DNA of 64,000 nt, taken from Octopus sinensis. Taxonomy: Eukaryota. A model generated the notes under the pieces. The model saw only the letters and a list, made by a program, of their open reading frames with translations, ran no database searches and was not told where the DNA came from. The DNA is taken from positions 20,026,001 through 20,090,000 of the forward strand of contig NC_043000.1 of the NCBI RefSeq assembly GCF_006345805.1, given 5' to 3'. Of this stretch, positions 63,638 to 64,000 are shown piece after piece (position 1 is the first letter of the stretch; each line of letters starts with the position of its first letter). The translations under genes and the position numbers were made by a program.

Positions 63638-64000
63638 ATTTCTATTAGGCCTACAAATAAAACATACGAGATAGACGAACGATGGAGGGAATACTGGGAG
63701 CTGGCTACTGATTTGGAAAGACTAGTAATATTTCCACTCATAAAAACGACAAGAAGACTAGATTTAGTCCTATGGAACAGGGAACGGAGAATGGGAATTT
63801 TGCTAGAACTGACAGTGCCATGGGAAGAGAACATCGACAATGCAGAGAAACGAAAGGAGAAGAGGTACGAAAAACTAATCGAAGAATACAGAGAACATGG
63901 ATGGAATGTCGAGTATTACCACCTGGCAGTGGGGGCTAGGGGCTTCATTGAAAGAAAAATGACAACGCTATTCAAAAGAAGATTTGTCTTTTCTAGCTCG
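63638..64000 (+). mobile_element. HERO/NeSL-like non-LTR retrotransposon, restriction-like endonuclease fragment
   Basis: Open frame WELATDLERLVIFP..RRLDLVLW..LELTVPWEENI..KRYEKL..GW..VGARGF runs to the window end; PD has become LD. Confidence 0.75.

Overview
AT-rich, repeat-saturated eukaryotic window with no recognisable intact host gene, rRNA, true tRNA or CRISPR array. The SINE families, the (TA)n/(TACA)n/(AGAT)n/trinucleotide microsatellite load and the LINE remnants resemble octopus (cephalopod) genomic DNA; this is inferred from recall, not from a search. Contents: three multi-copy tRNA-derived SINE families (my labels S1, S2, S3) plus head/tail variants; decayed LINEs (RTE with a PHD-like insert, L1/Tx1, R4/Dong-like and HERO-like RLE elements); a frameshifted Merlin/ISXO2 transposase; Merlin, hAT and Tc1/mariner-like MITEs; non-autonomous Helitron pieces; and one 100-N gap. 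The main result is a set of type I hammerhead ribozyme (HHR) motifs found by manual folding. One sits in each unit of a ~590-600 bp tandem array (52433-54060, minus strand, GUC cleavage sites). A near-textbook one lies inside an inverted-repeat-flanked element (54614-54676). There is also a back-to-back pair (48139-48359), one at 29533-29586 and several degenerate copies. They co-occur with fold-back elements embedded in (TA)n tracts, which suggests a family of Penelope-like/retrozyme-like non-autonomous retroelements. All folding and alignment was done by eye and no activity is demonstrated.
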